Below, piece by piece: positions 8,956 through 18,593 of a stretch of 64,000 nucleotides of DNA. The notes beneath the pieces were generated by a model, which worked only from the letters and a program-made list of their open reading frames with translations, was not told where the DNA came from and searched no databases. The first letter of the stretch is position 1. Each line of letters begins with the position of its first letter. Made by a program: the position numbers and the translations under genes. The stretch is from an uncultured Candidatus Saccharibacteria bacterium (GTDB lineage: Bacteria > Patescibacteriota > WWE3 > UBA101185 > 2-01-FULL-41-18), in contig CAZWQF010000006.1 in the NCBI GenBank assembly GCA_964636285.1, positions 938-64,937 on the forward strand. The letters are read 5' to 3'.

Positions 8956-10104
8956 ATGCAGGAAGCCAAAATCGCCATCATTCACGACTACATGACAGCC
9001 TTTGGTGGTGCTGAAAGAGTACTTAAAGCAATCCACGACCTCTTCCCAAAAGCAGTAGTTTTTACATCCTCTTATGACCCAGAATCCATGCCAGAAGAAT
9101 TTAAGACCTGGGAAATTAGGACAACAGGAGTAGATAAGCTTCCGCTCTTTTCTTCACTTTCCAAGCACTACACAGCGCTTTACCCAGTCTATTTTGAGAA
9201 CTTTGACTTAAGCGAATTTGACATAATAATCTCCTCATCAACAGCATGGAGCAAAGCAGTCATCACAAAGCCCCACCAGCTTCATATTTGCTACTGCCAC
9301 ACGCCAGCCCGCTTTTTATATAAATACTCAGGTGAATCAAACAAAAGAAATACTTGGTATTACAAACCATTTGTTGGATTTATAGACAACATTTTACGAA
9401 CATGGGACTTTGCCTCTGCACAAAGACCTAACTTTATAGTTGCAAACTCAAATACAGTAGCAGATAGAATCAGAAAATTTTATAGAAGAGAGCCTGACGC
9501 TGTAATTTACCCACCAGTTAAAACCGAATATGACGTAGTACTGCCACAAGAAGGAGCGCACAGAATAGAGAACAACTACTTCCTTATGGTCTCAAGACTT
9601 TCAGCATACAAAAATGTGCACCTAGTCATTGAGGCGTTTAATAGAATGAAAACCCCACTAAGAATAGTTGGAGCAGGCAAAGAAATAGAGCACCTTAAAA
9701 AAATTGCTCGAATGGACATAGCATTCCTTGGAAAAGTTTCAGAGAGGGAACTCAACATTCTTTACCAAAACTCAAAAGGGCTCATTTTCCCAGTACAAGA
9801 TGAGGACTTTGGCATATCCCCAGTGGAAGCAATGGCTCACGGAAAACCGGTGCTTTCTCACAAATCTGGAGGCCCTACAGAATACATAGAGGAGGGTAAA
9901 ACAGGAATGTTTTTTGACGATATATCAGTAGAAGGAATAATTAATGCAGTTGATAAGTTTGATGCCGCTATCACAGCTAACACATACGACTCAGGTTACA
10001 TTAAACAGGCGGCAAAAAGATTTGATGAAAAAGTGTTTGCAGAAAACTTTAGAAAATTTGTAGAAGAAAAATGGACAGGATATGCCGGAGCTCCCAGAAG
10101 TTGA
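8956..10104 (+). CDS. glycosyltransferase family 4 (GT-B fold)
   Basis: C-terminal EDFGISPVEAMAHGKPV motif typical of GT4/RfaB-like enzymes. Confidence 0.75.
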   Translation: MQEAKIAIIHDYMTAFGGAERVLKAIHDLFPKAVVFTSSYDPESMPEEFKTWEIRTTGVDKLPLFSSLSKHYTALYPVYFENFDLSEFDIIISSSTAWSKAVITKPHQLHICYCHTPARFLYKYSGESNKRNTWYYKPFVGFIDNILRTWDFASAQRPNFIVANSNTVADRIRKFYRREPDAVIYPPVKTEYDVVLPQEGAHRIENNYFLMVSRLSAYKNVHLVIEAFNRMKTPLRIVGAGKEIEHLKKIARMDIAFLGKVSERELNILYQNSKGLIFPVQDEDFGISPVEAMAHGKPVLSHKSGGPTEYIEEGKTGMFFDDISVEGIINAVDKFDAAITANTYDSGYIKQAAKRFDEKVFAENFRKFVEEKWTGYAGAPRS

Positions 10105-10942
10105 AACAATTTCAAAAGATTTAAATAAAGAACTAGCAGGCAAGACTATTAAAAAAGCTTTGGTTGCAAAGGATTATAAAACTTTCCCAGAACCAAAAGA
10201 ATTCATAAAACTTTTAGTCAATTCCAAAATAAAAGAAGTAACTAGAATTGCAAAAGTAATTGTTTTTATTTTTGAAAATAAAGAAGAGAAACTAACTTTT
10301 CATCTTGCCATGACGGGAAGAGTATTACTTCATAATTCCCATAACGATAGTTTAGGAGAAGATGCTTTTTCCAAAGTTTCTCATAAAGAGAAACACATAA
10401 AAGTGTGTCTGCAATTTGAGGATAGTTCATTTCTAACTTTCTCAGATGTGAGAATGTTTGGGTACGCAAAGATAATTAATTTGGAGGAATCAGAAAAACT
10501 AGAAAAAAAGTATGGGCCAACTCCTTTTCACAAAGACCTAACGCCAGAAAAACTCCTCGTCATTTTAAAATCCAGGAAAACTCAGATAAAAAGAGCGCTA
10601 CTTGAACAAGATTTAATTTCCGGACTTGGAAACATCTATGCAAACGATTCTCTATGGCTTTCTCAAATTCACCCGGAGCGAATTACCCATTCGATCACGC
10701 TTGAAGAAGCAGAAAAACTACTACTAGCAATGAAGCAAATACTAACTGAAGGAATAGCCCACAGAGGATCCACTCTCGACGATAAAATGTATGTAGACAT
10801 CTACGGTAAAGAAGGCTCCCATCAAAACCACTTTAGAGCTTATGGAAAAGCGCAGGTGCCTTGTGCAAGATGCGGAACCAAAATAAATGCTATAGTTGTT
10901 GCTCAAAGATCAACTTTCTTCTGCCCTAAATGTCAGGTATGA
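10082..10942 (+). CDS. mutM: formamidopyrimidine-DNA glycosylase (Fpg/Nei family)
   Basis: N-terminal MPELPEVET with catalytic Pro2; C-terminal zinc finger CARCG...CPKC. Confidence 0.85.
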   Translation: MPELPEVETISKDLNKELAGKTIKKALVAKDYKTFPEPKEFIKLLVNSKIKEVTRIAKVIVFIFENKEEKLTFHLAMTGRVLLHNSHNDSLGEDAFSKVSHKEKHIKVCLQFEDSSFLTFSDVRMFGYAKIINLEESEKLEKKYGPTPFHKDLTPEKLLVILKSRKTQIKRALLEQDLISGLGNIYANDSLWLSQIHPERITHSITLEEAEKLLLAMKQILTEGIAHRGSTLDDKMYVDIYGKEGSHQNHFRAYGKAQVPCARCGTKINAIVVAQRSTFFCPKCQV

Positions 10943-11997
10943 AAATCACAGAATTAAATCTTCAGAACTTTAGAAACTTTCACAAAATAAAGTTTGAGCT
11001 TGAGGGAACAACGGTCATTTATGGTCCAAATGCTTCAGGCAAGTCTTCCATTATTGAAGCCGTAAATCTTCTGGCAACAGGGCATTCAATGAGAGCAGGC
11101 TTTGATAGGGATATGGTTTCCTTCAATAAAGATCATTCAAAAGTCGAAGGCAAAACGGACACTACAAAGCTGGAAATTTCAATTGCAAAAAGTGAAGTGG
11201 CAGAAAATCTTGCTAGGAAAAAATACAAAGTAAACGGAGTTGCCAGGATGCTTAATAACTTTGCTGGAAATTTTAAGTGCGTAACATTTACACCACTTGA
11301 TCTAGAAGTTATTACTGACGGGCCTCAGGTCAGAAGGCGTTATCTTGACCTCATACTTTTTCAAACTAGCAGAGAGTACAGGACCTCCCACACAAACCTC
11401 ACAAAAGTAATTAAAAATAGAAATAAAATTCTTGAGAAAATAAATGAATTTGGAAAAGGCTATAACGAAATTGGTTTTTGGAATGATCTTCTTGTAAAGG
11501 AAAGCGAAGTAATTCATAAACACAGAAAAAACTTTTTCCATTCGATAAAAGATAAAATAAATTCCCACGGGAAATCTTTGGACCCAACATGTGAAACCCT
11601 TGAAATCCATTACAAAGTAAATGAGGCTACATTTGAAAGGATTAAGGAGTACCAAATAAAAGAAATTGCCTCCAAAAGTACCCTTTTAGGACCAAACAGA
11701 GACGACTTCTCTATACTTTTAAATAAAAGAGAAATTGGGAGTTTTGGATCAAGAGGCCAGCAAAGAGCAGCAGTTCTCTCCCTAAAACTCAGTGAGATAG
11801 ATTTTCTTGAAGAAAGCTCTCTAGAAAATGAAAGGCCAGTACTTTTACTTGATGATATTTTTTCAGAACTAGATGAAAAGCATAGGGAGCAAATATTAAA
11901 CATCGTGGAGCTTCAGCAGACAATTATTACCACAGCAGACAAGCACTACCTAAAAGAGTTCCCCTCCTTTGAAAAGGTAATAAACCTTGAAAAGTGA
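10930..11997 (+). CDS. recF: DNA replication and repair protein RecF
   Basis: Walker A GPNASGKSS; signature and Walker B LLLDDIFSELD; ~355 aa. Its start overlaps the mutM stop. Confidence 0.85.
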   Translation: MSGMKITELNLQNFRNFHKIKFELEGTTVIYGPNASGKSSIIEAVNLLATGHSMRAGFDRDMVSFNKDHSKVEGKTDTTKLEISIAKSEVAENLARKKYKVNGVARMLNNFAGNFKCVTFTPLDLEVITDGPQVRRRYLDLILFQTSREYRTSHTNLTKVIKNRNKILEKINEFGKGYNEIGFWNDLLVKESEVIHKHRKNFFHSIKDKINSHGKSLDPTCETLEIHYKVNEATFERIKEYQIKEIASKSTLLGPNRDDFSILLNKREIGSFGSRGQQRAAVLSLKLSEIDFLEESSLENERPVLLLDDIFSELDEKHREQILNIVELQQTIITTADKHYLKEFPSFEKVINLEK

Positions 11998-12009
11998 TAA
12001 TCTAAATAC

Positions 12010-12483
12010 ATGCAGTATGAAAAGTCAGTTGGTGTTGTTGTGTACAGGGAAAACCAATCTGAAGTCGAGTTTCTTTTACTAGAAGCCCCAAGGCTTGCAG
12101 CAAAACCTGAAGATACAAAAAATAAAACGTACTGGTCTTTTCCTAAAGGGCACCAAGAAAAAGGAGAAACCGATCATCAGACCGCGTTCAGGGAGATAAA
12201 AGAAGAAACTGGAATTACACTTGTTGAGTTAGATCGTGGCTTTAAAGAGATAGAAAAATACTTCTATAGAAGAGATGGAGAATTAAGAAGTAAAACCATT
12301 GTCTATTACCTTTCCAAAGTCTCCTATAATACAGCAGTAACAATTTCTGACGAGCACATCAACTACGAATGGACAGAAAAAGACAAAGCTCTTGAGCTTC
12401 TAAAAATTAAGCCTGCTAAAGCCATGCTTCTTAAAGCTTCTGAACACATACTCAATGGAAAAAACCAACTTTCCATGCTATGA
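12010..12483 (+). CDS. NUDIX hydrolase
   Basis: Nudix box GHQEKGETDHQTAFREIKEETGI. Confidence 0.8.
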   Translation: MQYEKSVGVVVYRENQSEVEFLLLEAPRLAAKPEDTKNKTYWSFPKGHQEKGETDHQTAFREIKEETGITLVELDRGFKEIEKYFYRRDGELRSKTIVYYLSKVSYNTAVTISDEHINYEWTEKDKALELLKIKPAKAMLLKASEHILNGKNQLSML

Positions 12484-12490
12484 TGCGCCC

Positions 12491-12598
12491 ATGGGACAAA
12501 TAATAGAAGGTGTAATCGGTGCGGTTGTAGGGGCAGTTTTAGCGGTTATTGATGCCGTTGTTGGCGCTATCACAGCAATCCTCAGCATCGGTAGATAA
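12491..12598 (+). CDS. unannotated 35-aa hydrophobic glycine-zipper peptide (MGQIIEGVIGAVVGAVLAVIDAVVGAITAILSIGR)
   Basis: An ATG-initiated ORF 8 nt after the NUDIX stop codon. The peptide is a single amphipathic or TM helix with a repeated GxxxG/AxxxG pattern. I see no clear Shine-Dalgarno sequence. It is absent from the six-frame track, which omits ORFs under 60 aa. Confidence 0.3.
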   Translation: MGQIIEGVIGAVVGAVLAVIDAVVGAITAILSIGR

Positions 12599-12616
12599 AA
12601 CTTGTAGCTACCGTCT

Positions 12617-13681
12617 TTGCGGGAAATATGCAAGAATTATTGCGTGTACTTTCCCGAGTTTTCTGTAACAACTAACATATTAAATTTTTCGGGACAAATT
12701 GAGGCTGCAAAGGCAGTTATTGAGGTCATTCCAGTAGTCAGTTCGTGGGAAAAAAGCCTTGAAAGGGAAGCGGCCTTAAAAACTATCTACCACTTAAATC
12801 ATTTTGATGGGGTTAAGCTTTCTCAAGAAGAGGTAAAGTACTTTTTTGAAGGTAAAGACGTCTCCACTGCAAAGTCGGTAACTCATGAAATCGAAAACAC
12901 TCAAGAAGCTCTGGACTTTGTGAAAGCAAGACCAGATCTTAACGAGGAAACTCTTAAAATGCTCCACTCAATTCTAGTAAAAGGCATCACTCACGAATCT
13001 AAAACTGGGTATTACAGGAAAACCCCAATCCAAAACTATAACTCAAGCTTCATACAATCCGCAGGTCCCGATGAGGTTGTGGCTAGTCTATTAAGCTTCT
13101 TTGCATGGCTTGAAACCCCAGATGCAAAAGAGATCCCAGCGCCTGTCAGGTCTTCAATCATTTATCTAGAGTTCATAAAAGTGTCCCCATTTGATTCGCA
13201 CAATAAAAAGATTGCTGCACTTTTTGCACTTCTTAATTTGTACATAAATGATTACGATAAATACAAAGCAGTAACAATAGATAAATCCGCAGACGAGAAT
13301 CCAACATCTTTTTTTCAAGCGATTAGGTCAACCCAAAATCCTACAGGAGATATAACAAGATGGATTGAATACTATGTCTCAAACCTAACCCAGGAATTTT
13401 CCGGACTAAAAGATAAGATTGTTTCGTTATCAAAAGAAAATAAAGTAAGAGCAGTGGCAGGGATGGCCCCTTTAAACGAAAGGCAAGAGCGCGTAGTTGA
13501 GTACCTTCACGACTACGGAAGTATTCAGAACAAAGACTTTGCAAGACTTTTTTACGGAATCTCAGAGGATACAATTCTAAGAGACTTGAAAGATTTAATT
13601 TCAAAAAAGATCATACAAAAGGTTGGAAGCACTAAATCTTCAAGATACACAATTGCAACTACAGGAACTGCCGTCAGTTAA
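12617..13681 (+). CDS. Fic/DOC-fold protein with degenerate active-site motif and C-terminal winged-helix domain
   Basis: The Fic core is recognisable (LHSIL, GYYRK, IPAPV). The position of the HPFx[DE]GNGRxxR motif reads SPFDSHNKKIAA, so the catalytic His is replaced by Ser. A C-terminal wHTH-like domain is present (DFARLFYGISEDTILRDLKDL). Confidence 0.45.
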   Translation: MREICKNYCVYFPEFSVTTNILNFSGQIEAAKAVIEVIPVVSSWEKSLEREAALKTIYHLNHFDGVKLSQEEVKYFFEGKDVSTAKSVTHEIENTQEALDFVKARPDLNEETLKMLHSILVKGITHESKTGYYRKTPIQNYNSSFIQSAGPDEVVASLLSFFAWLETPDAKEIPAPVRSSIIYLEFIKVSPFDSHNKKIAALFALLNLYINDYDKYKAVTIDKSADENPTSFFQAIRSTQNPTGDITRWIEYYVSNLTQEFSGLKDKIVSLSKENKVRAVAGMAPLNERQERVVEYLHDYGSIQNKDFARLFYGISEDTILRDLKDLISKKIIQKVGSTKSSRYTIATTGTAVS

Positions 13682-13702
13682 GCAACCTGATATACTTCCA
13701 CC

Positions 13703-15505
13703 ATGGAGTTTTCCGTATTTTCAACTTACTTACAAAGGCTGGAATCAACTACAAAAAGGCTTGAAATCACAGCAATACTTGCAGAAATGTTAAAGGAGCT
13801 TGAGCTTTTGGAGACGGATAAAGCTGTGTACCTTTCGCTTGGACAGCTAGGGCCACAGTTTGCTCAAATTGATTTTGCTTTAGCAGAAAAGATGATGCTA
13901 AGAATTCTGGCTGCCGCATTTGTAACAAAGGAGGAAGAAGTACAAAAACTTTATGACAAAATTGGAGATATTGGAACTGTTGCAGAGGAACTTGCAAACA
14001 AAACCACCAGGGTTTCAGGTCAAAAGAAAAAGGGAGGTAGTATCACAATCTTATATGTGTACGAACACTTACTTGAGATAGCGCTTATCAGTGGTACCGG
14101 TTCTCAAGAAAAAAAAGTGTCAAAGTTTGCGGAGCTTATTTCAAAATTGGATCCTCTTTCGGTTAGATATGTCACAAGAATTCCCACAAAAAACACTAGA
14201 CTAGGGTTTTCAGATGTAACAATTATTGAGGCTCTTTCTTGGATGGAAACTGGTGGAAAATCATTAAAAGCAGAAATAGAAAGCTACTTTCATGTGTATC
14301 CGGACATTGGAAAAATTGCAAAACTTTTCAAAGAGGGACAAATAAACGGGCTCAAAAAAGTTCGGCTTGAAGTTGGGGTTCCTATACTTCCTCAGCTATG
14401 CCAAAGAGTTTCAACAGCGGAGGAAGCAATAGAAAAACTTGGGGGGCAGGCAGGTGTTGAAATCAAATACGACGGCACAAGAGTTCAGCTCCACATGGAT
14501 AAAAAACGAATGGTAGAAATGGGCGATTCTGACCAGCTTACTTTTTTTGATAATAAAAAAAAGATGCCTTATGTTAGGTCCTTCACAAGAAACCTTGAAG
14601 AATCAACCAACATGTTTCCAGATTTAGTAAAAGCAGCAATTGAGCAGATTGATGCAGACTCGGTAATTCTTGATGGCGAAGCAGTGGGCTATGATCCAAA
14701 AACTCAAAAGATGATTCCTTTTCAGGAGACAAGTCAGAGAAAAAGAAAGCACGGGATTATGGAAAAAGTTTCTGAAATCCCGTTACGGTATTTTGTGTTC
14801 GACCTACTTTACCTTAACGGGAAACCGCTTTTAGACCTTTCCTTTAACGAGAGGCGTGAGAAATTAAAGAAAATTGTGAGAAAAGGGGAAACAATTGTAG
14901 TAGACGAACAGAGAATTGTAGAGGATCCTGAGGAGCTATTAGAGTTTTTCAATGAGATAAAAGGCCAAGGGCTAGAAGGCGTAGTGATGAAAAAACTTGA
15001 TAGCAAATATGAGGCGGGAGGAAGGGGCTACTCTTGGGTAAAGTTTAAGAGAGAGGAGACAGGCGGACTTGAGGACACAATAGATGGGGTAATCCTTGGC
15101 TACTATCTTGGAAAAGGGAACAGGGCAAAGTTTGGAATTGGAGGTTTCTTGGTAGGACTTTTTGATCCTCAAAAAGATGCGTTTACTACAGTCTGTAAAG
15201 TAGGGAGCGGGCCCACAGAAGAGGAATGGCAGGAAATAAAAAAACGCGTAGATAAAATTAAGACCAAAGAGAAACCTGCTAATCTAGAAATAGATAAAAC
15301 ACTAGTTCCAGACGTTTGGTCAAAACCTGAGATTATAGTTGTGATAAGGGCTGATGAAATTACGGTATCCGAAGTACATACAGCAGGCTATGCATTAAGA
15401 TTTCCAAGACTCATGGCATTTAGAGAAGATAAAAGCGCAACGGATTCAACTACACCAAAAGAAATAAAAAGACTATTTGAAATCCAGCAGAATAAAAGAA
15501 AATAA
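13703..15505 (+). CDS. ATP-dependent DNA ligase (Lig1/LigB-type with N-terminal DNA-binding domain)
   Basis: Adenylation motif I EIKYDGTRVQ (KxDGxR); motif LEGVVMK; ~600 aa with an N-terminal DNA-binding domain and a C-terminal OB domain. Confidence 0.8.
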   Translation: MEFSVFSTYLQRLESTTKRLEITAILAEMLKELELLETDKAVYLSLGQLGPQFAQIDFALAEKMMLRILAAAFVTKEEEVQKLYDKIGDIGTVAEELANKTTRVSGQKKKGGSITILYVYEHLLEIALISGTGSQEKKVSKFAELISKLDPLSVRYVTRIPTKNTRLGFSDVTIIEALSWMETGGKSLKAEIESYFHVYPDIGKIAKLFKEGQINGLKKVRLEVGVPILPQLCQRVSTAEEAIEKLGGQAGVEIKYDGTRVQLHMDKKRMVEMGDSDQLTFFDNKKKMPYVRSFTRNLEESTNMFPDLVKAAIEQIDADSVILDGEAVGYDPKTQKMIPFQETSQRKRKHGIMEKVSEIPLRYFVFDLLYLNGKPLLDLSFNERREKLKKIVRKGETIVVDEQRIVEDPEELLEFFNEIKGQGLEGVVMKKLDSKYEAGGRGYSWVKFKREETGGLEDTIDGVILGYYLGKGNRAKFGIGGFLVGLFDPQKDAFTTVCKVGSGPTEEEWQEIKKRVDKIKTKEKPANLEIDKTLVPDVWSKPEIIVVIRADEITVSEVHTAGYALRFPRLMAFREDKSATDSTTPKEIKRLFEIQQNKRK

Positions 15506-15558
15506 TTGGCCGCGACTCGGAGATGAAATCAAATTTCTCCGAGCAACGGCCAAAAGTA

Positions 15559-16158
15559 TCAGTTGTCAGGCCAAGTGACCCTCACAAGAATTCCCCATTC
15601 TTGCTTGTCCCCAGGCTTGCATGGGTAAAACAGGATCTTATAGCCTCCAAACATGGAGACTTCCCCTGTACTCCCATCAAACTGGCTCGAAATCCTGTTT
15701 GAGTTGAACAGGAAGGGGTTCATGATTCGGGCCGAGTCCCTGGGGTAGTCTTCCCTGAGCAAACGGAGGGTATGGTCAGAGTCTCCATACCAGATTTCCG
15801 CCACTCGTTTCACAGTCTCTGGGTAGATGTCAGAAGCCTCCGCAACCGCGTAGTATGCGTCTACGCCATAAAGCGTGAAAATGCCGTGCCCAGATACCGA
15901 ATCGCCTGGAAAGTGACCAAATTTCTGCCCCTTCCAGACTACCTCGAAGCCCTCTGGAGCAACACACGGATAAGGCGCGAGCTCCCCTGGGTAGGCAACA
16001 TAGCGCTGAGGCAAAGTAAAAACCTGCACCACTTGATCGCTCAGCGTCGCAAACCCACCCCAGAACAGCGCAAGGACTGGAGTCAAAACCAACATACCTC
16101 CGACAAGGGCGGCCAACACCAGCTGTCTCCAGCTGAAGTTGTTGTTTTCCTGGCTCAT
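15559..16158 (-). CDS. membrane-anchored hypothetical protein in a GC-rich island (island C, gene 1)
   Basis: The start is at MSQENNNFSW, with a GGAGGT Shine-Dalgarno sequence 4 nt upstream. It has an N-terminal TM helix and a ~150-aa extracytoplasmic domain. GC is far above the backbone. Confidence 0.5.
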   Translation of the reverse strand: MSQENNNFSWRQLVLAALVGGMLVLTPVLALFWGGFATLSDQVVQVFTLPQRYVAYPGELAPYPCVAPEGFEVVWKGQKFGHFPGDSVSGHGIFTLYGVDAYYAVAEASDIYPETVKRVAEIWYGDSDHTLRLLREDYPRDSARIMNPFLFNSNRISSQFDGSTGEVSMFGGYKILFYPCKPGDKQEWGILVRVTWPDN

Positions 16159-16268
16159 ACTACCTCCATGGCGCCACAATGTGTTTGCACTATGGCCTAG
16201 AATTATTTGCTCCAACAAACAAGTAATTGCCTATGGCAGTTACCTTACTTAGACCCAAAGAGCTTACC

Positions 16269-16784
16269 CTATTCTTGTGCCCCAAGGTTTAGAGGGCGCA
16301 CCCTCCACAAGAACGTATCTCCTGTAACAGAACACTCTCCAAAATCAAAGGTCGCTCCTTCAATTGAGATGTAACCCCACTGCTCTATTGCGGAACCTGC
16401 CGGACCCCTAGAGCCGTTTTCAAAAGCATAGGGGACTAAAACGTACCTGTTGGGACTCCCCTCCACGGTGGTCTTGGTAATTGAATACCAGCGAGTCTCG
16501 CTTTTGAACCACATCTCCTTGATGGCCACCAAGCGCCACTCAAACAAGCCACCTGGATGCTCTACCAAACGCAGCTCTCTCTGTGTCGGCCCGTATGAGG
16601 AGACACGCAATTCACCAAGGTCCCCTGCCAAAATGTTGAAGTCTTTGGCAAGAACTCCTCCACTACACATGGTCTTTAAAAGATTGGTGTAGTGATCAAT
16701 GATCGTAGGCATCAGTGTAAAAAAAGCGGTTCCACACACGATGACTACTAGAGGAACGAGAATCCAGGGATTAAACCTTCTCAT
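16269..16784 (-). CDS. membrane-anchored hypothetical protein in a GC-rich island (island C, gene 2)
   Basis: An AGGAGG Shine-Dalgarno sequence lies 4 nt upstream of the ATG. It has an N-terminal TM helix and a ~140-aa extracytoplasmic domain, the same architecture as the gene downstream. Confidence 0.5.
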   Translation of the reverse strand: MRRFNPWILVPLVVIVCGTAFFTLMPTIIDHYTNLLKTMCSGGVLAKDFNILAGDLGELRVSSYGPTQRELRLVEHPGGLFEWRLVAIKEMWFKSETRWYSITKTTVEGSPNRYVLVPYAFENGSRGPAGSAIEQWGYISIEGATFDFGECSVTGDTFLWRVRPLNLGAQE

Positions 16785-16904
16785 GCTGGCCTCCTACCGC
16801 CATAGCGGTATTTATCCTGGATTAAAAAATCCAGACTAATTAAAGTTTGCAACATTATAGGCTACTTTATAACAGTTTACAAAAACCCTTCACCCCTGTA
16901 ACTT

Positions 16905-17237
16905 ATGCATACTATGCCCATGAAAAGCATTAAAGAAATCCTAACTGAAAAAGCAAGGAACAACCCAAAAGCCAGATACAACAGACACGAGTATCAAGCC
17001 TATGGAAACATGCTTGCAGAGGAACTCAAAGATGAGGAACACCGCTCCCTTTATATAAAATTCGCCAAAACCGTTAACAGAGGTCTTCTTGACGCAGCAC
17101 GCGACTTCATAAAAGGCACAGGAAAATTAAAATCCGGTAGCAAAGCAAGGCTTTTCATGTGGAAGCTTAAGGAGCTTAGATTAAAACAAAAGGAGAAAGA
17201 AGCCACCTTAAAACTAGAACAACAAACAACAAAGTGA
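16905..17237 (+). CDS. small lysine-rich hypothetical protein
   Basis: 110 aa, highly basic, predicted helical; no motif. Confidence 0.4.
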   Translation: MHTMPMKSIKEILTEKARNNPKARYNRHEYQAYGNMLAEELKDEEHRSLYIKFAKTVNRGLLDAARDFIKGTGKLKSGSKARLFMWKLKELRLKQKEKEATLKLEQQTTK

Positions 17238-17249
17238 TATCGTTATAGT

Positions 17250-17798
17250 ATGCTTTTTAAGCTTCTTAATCACTACAAAATCAGGGTGCTAGTTGCCTTA
17301 ACAATAGTAATTGCAATAATTGCCTCCAGAGGTGAGAAACACACGCTCCAAATCATCTTAACTTTGGCTGGTGGTCTTTTAGGAATGCTTATTCCTGACA
17401 TTGAGTACTTTGTCCACAGCTACTGGGACAATCCAGATTCCGAATTCTCCAAAGGTTTCAAAGACCTGATGAATCAAAAAAACTTTCAAGGTCTCTTCAC
17501 ATATGTAAATGCCCACAAACACCTCCTATCAAAAAGAGTAATGCATAGCGTGCTTTTTCAGATAATCCTTGGTGGAATCACCTTATTTCTTGCAACATCT
17601 CAAGGCCCTGCTTTTGGAACGGCGCTAAGCCTAAGCGCTTTCACCCAAACTTTCTACTTAATGTACCAAGAAGTTTCAGAAACAAATTCAATTAACACAT
17701 GGTTTTGGATACTTAAAAGCACCCCAACTAGAACCTGGCAGGGCATTTACGCCACTTGCATGGGATTATTTCTCATTGCAATCTTAGTGGCACTCTAG
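17250..17798 (+). CDS. hypothetical integral membrane protein
   Basis: 4-5 predicted TM segments; no motif. Confidence 0.45.
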   Translation: MLFKLLNHYKIRVLVALTIVIAIIASRGEKHTLQIILTLAGGLLGMLIPDIEYFVHSYWDNPDSEFSKGFKDLMNQKNFQGLFTYVNAHKHLLSKRVMHSVLFQIILGGITLFLATSQGPAFGTALSLSAFTQTFYLMYQEVSETNSINTWFWILKSTPTRTWQGIYATCMGLFLIAILVAL

Positions 17799-17819
17799 CT
17801 TGCCCCACATTAAAGCTTT

Positions 17820-18593
17820 ATGTACGGAATTCTGTTTTCTATTGGTCTTGTCCTTTCGGCCTTTGTCGCCCAAAAACTTGCTAAAAAGCAAAGCCTAAAA
17901 ACAGAGGTCTTACTCGATCTTATTTTTTATTCGGTTATTGGAGGAGTTATTGGAGCTAGGATTTTCCATGTTATAGATTACTGGGAACTTTACTCTAAAA
18001 ACCCAGTTCAAATACTTGAGATTTACAAAGGAGGTCTTGGAATCTTTGGAGGGCTGCTTGGGGGAGGCGTTGCCTTCTACCTATTTTTAAGAATTAAGCA
18101 GATTCCCGTTACAGAAATGCTTAAATTTCTTGACGTGTTTGCTGTCTGTATACCGCTTGCTCAATCAATAGGCAGATGGGGAAACTATTTTAATCACGAA
18201 CTGTTTGGGGGCCCAAGCTCTTTACCTATAGCCATTTACATCCCATTTGAATTCAGACCTAAGAACTTAAAAAGCTTTGAAACATTCCACCCACTATTCT
18301 TATACGAGTCCGTTCTAAACTTGGTTCTTTTTGCTGCTTTATATTACCTTTCTACAAAAGCAAAAAAATCAAGTAACAAAGCGCTTAAAATGTTTGACGG
18401 TGACATATTTTTACTGTATCTTTTGGGCTATGGGCTAACAAGACTTGTTCTTGAGCCTTTGCGAATAAGGCACTTTTATGTACAAAACATAAATGCCGTA
18501 ACGGTAATCGCCTTATTACTAATTTTGTTTTCAACTGCCTTGTTTATTTTAAGGAGGAAAAATGGCAACAGTAAAAGAGCCCAAAGAAGTTAA
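17820..18593 (+). CDS. lgt: prolipoprotein diacylglyceryl transferase
   Basis: Lgt signature GRWGNYFNHELFG; multi-TM; ~257 aa. Confidence 0.8.
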   Translation: MYGILFSIGLVLSAFVAQKLAKKQSLKTEVLLDLIFYSVIGGVIGARIFHVIDYWELYSKNPVQILEIYKGGLGIFGGLLGGGVAFYLFLRIKQIPVTEMLKFLDVFAVCIPLAQSIGRWGNYFNHELFGGPSSLPIAIYIPFEFRPKNLKSFETFHPLFLYESVLNLVLFAALYYLSTKAKKSSNKALKMFDGDIFLLYLLGYGLTRLVLEPLRIRHFYVQNINAVTVIALLLILFSTALFILRRKNGNSKRAQRS

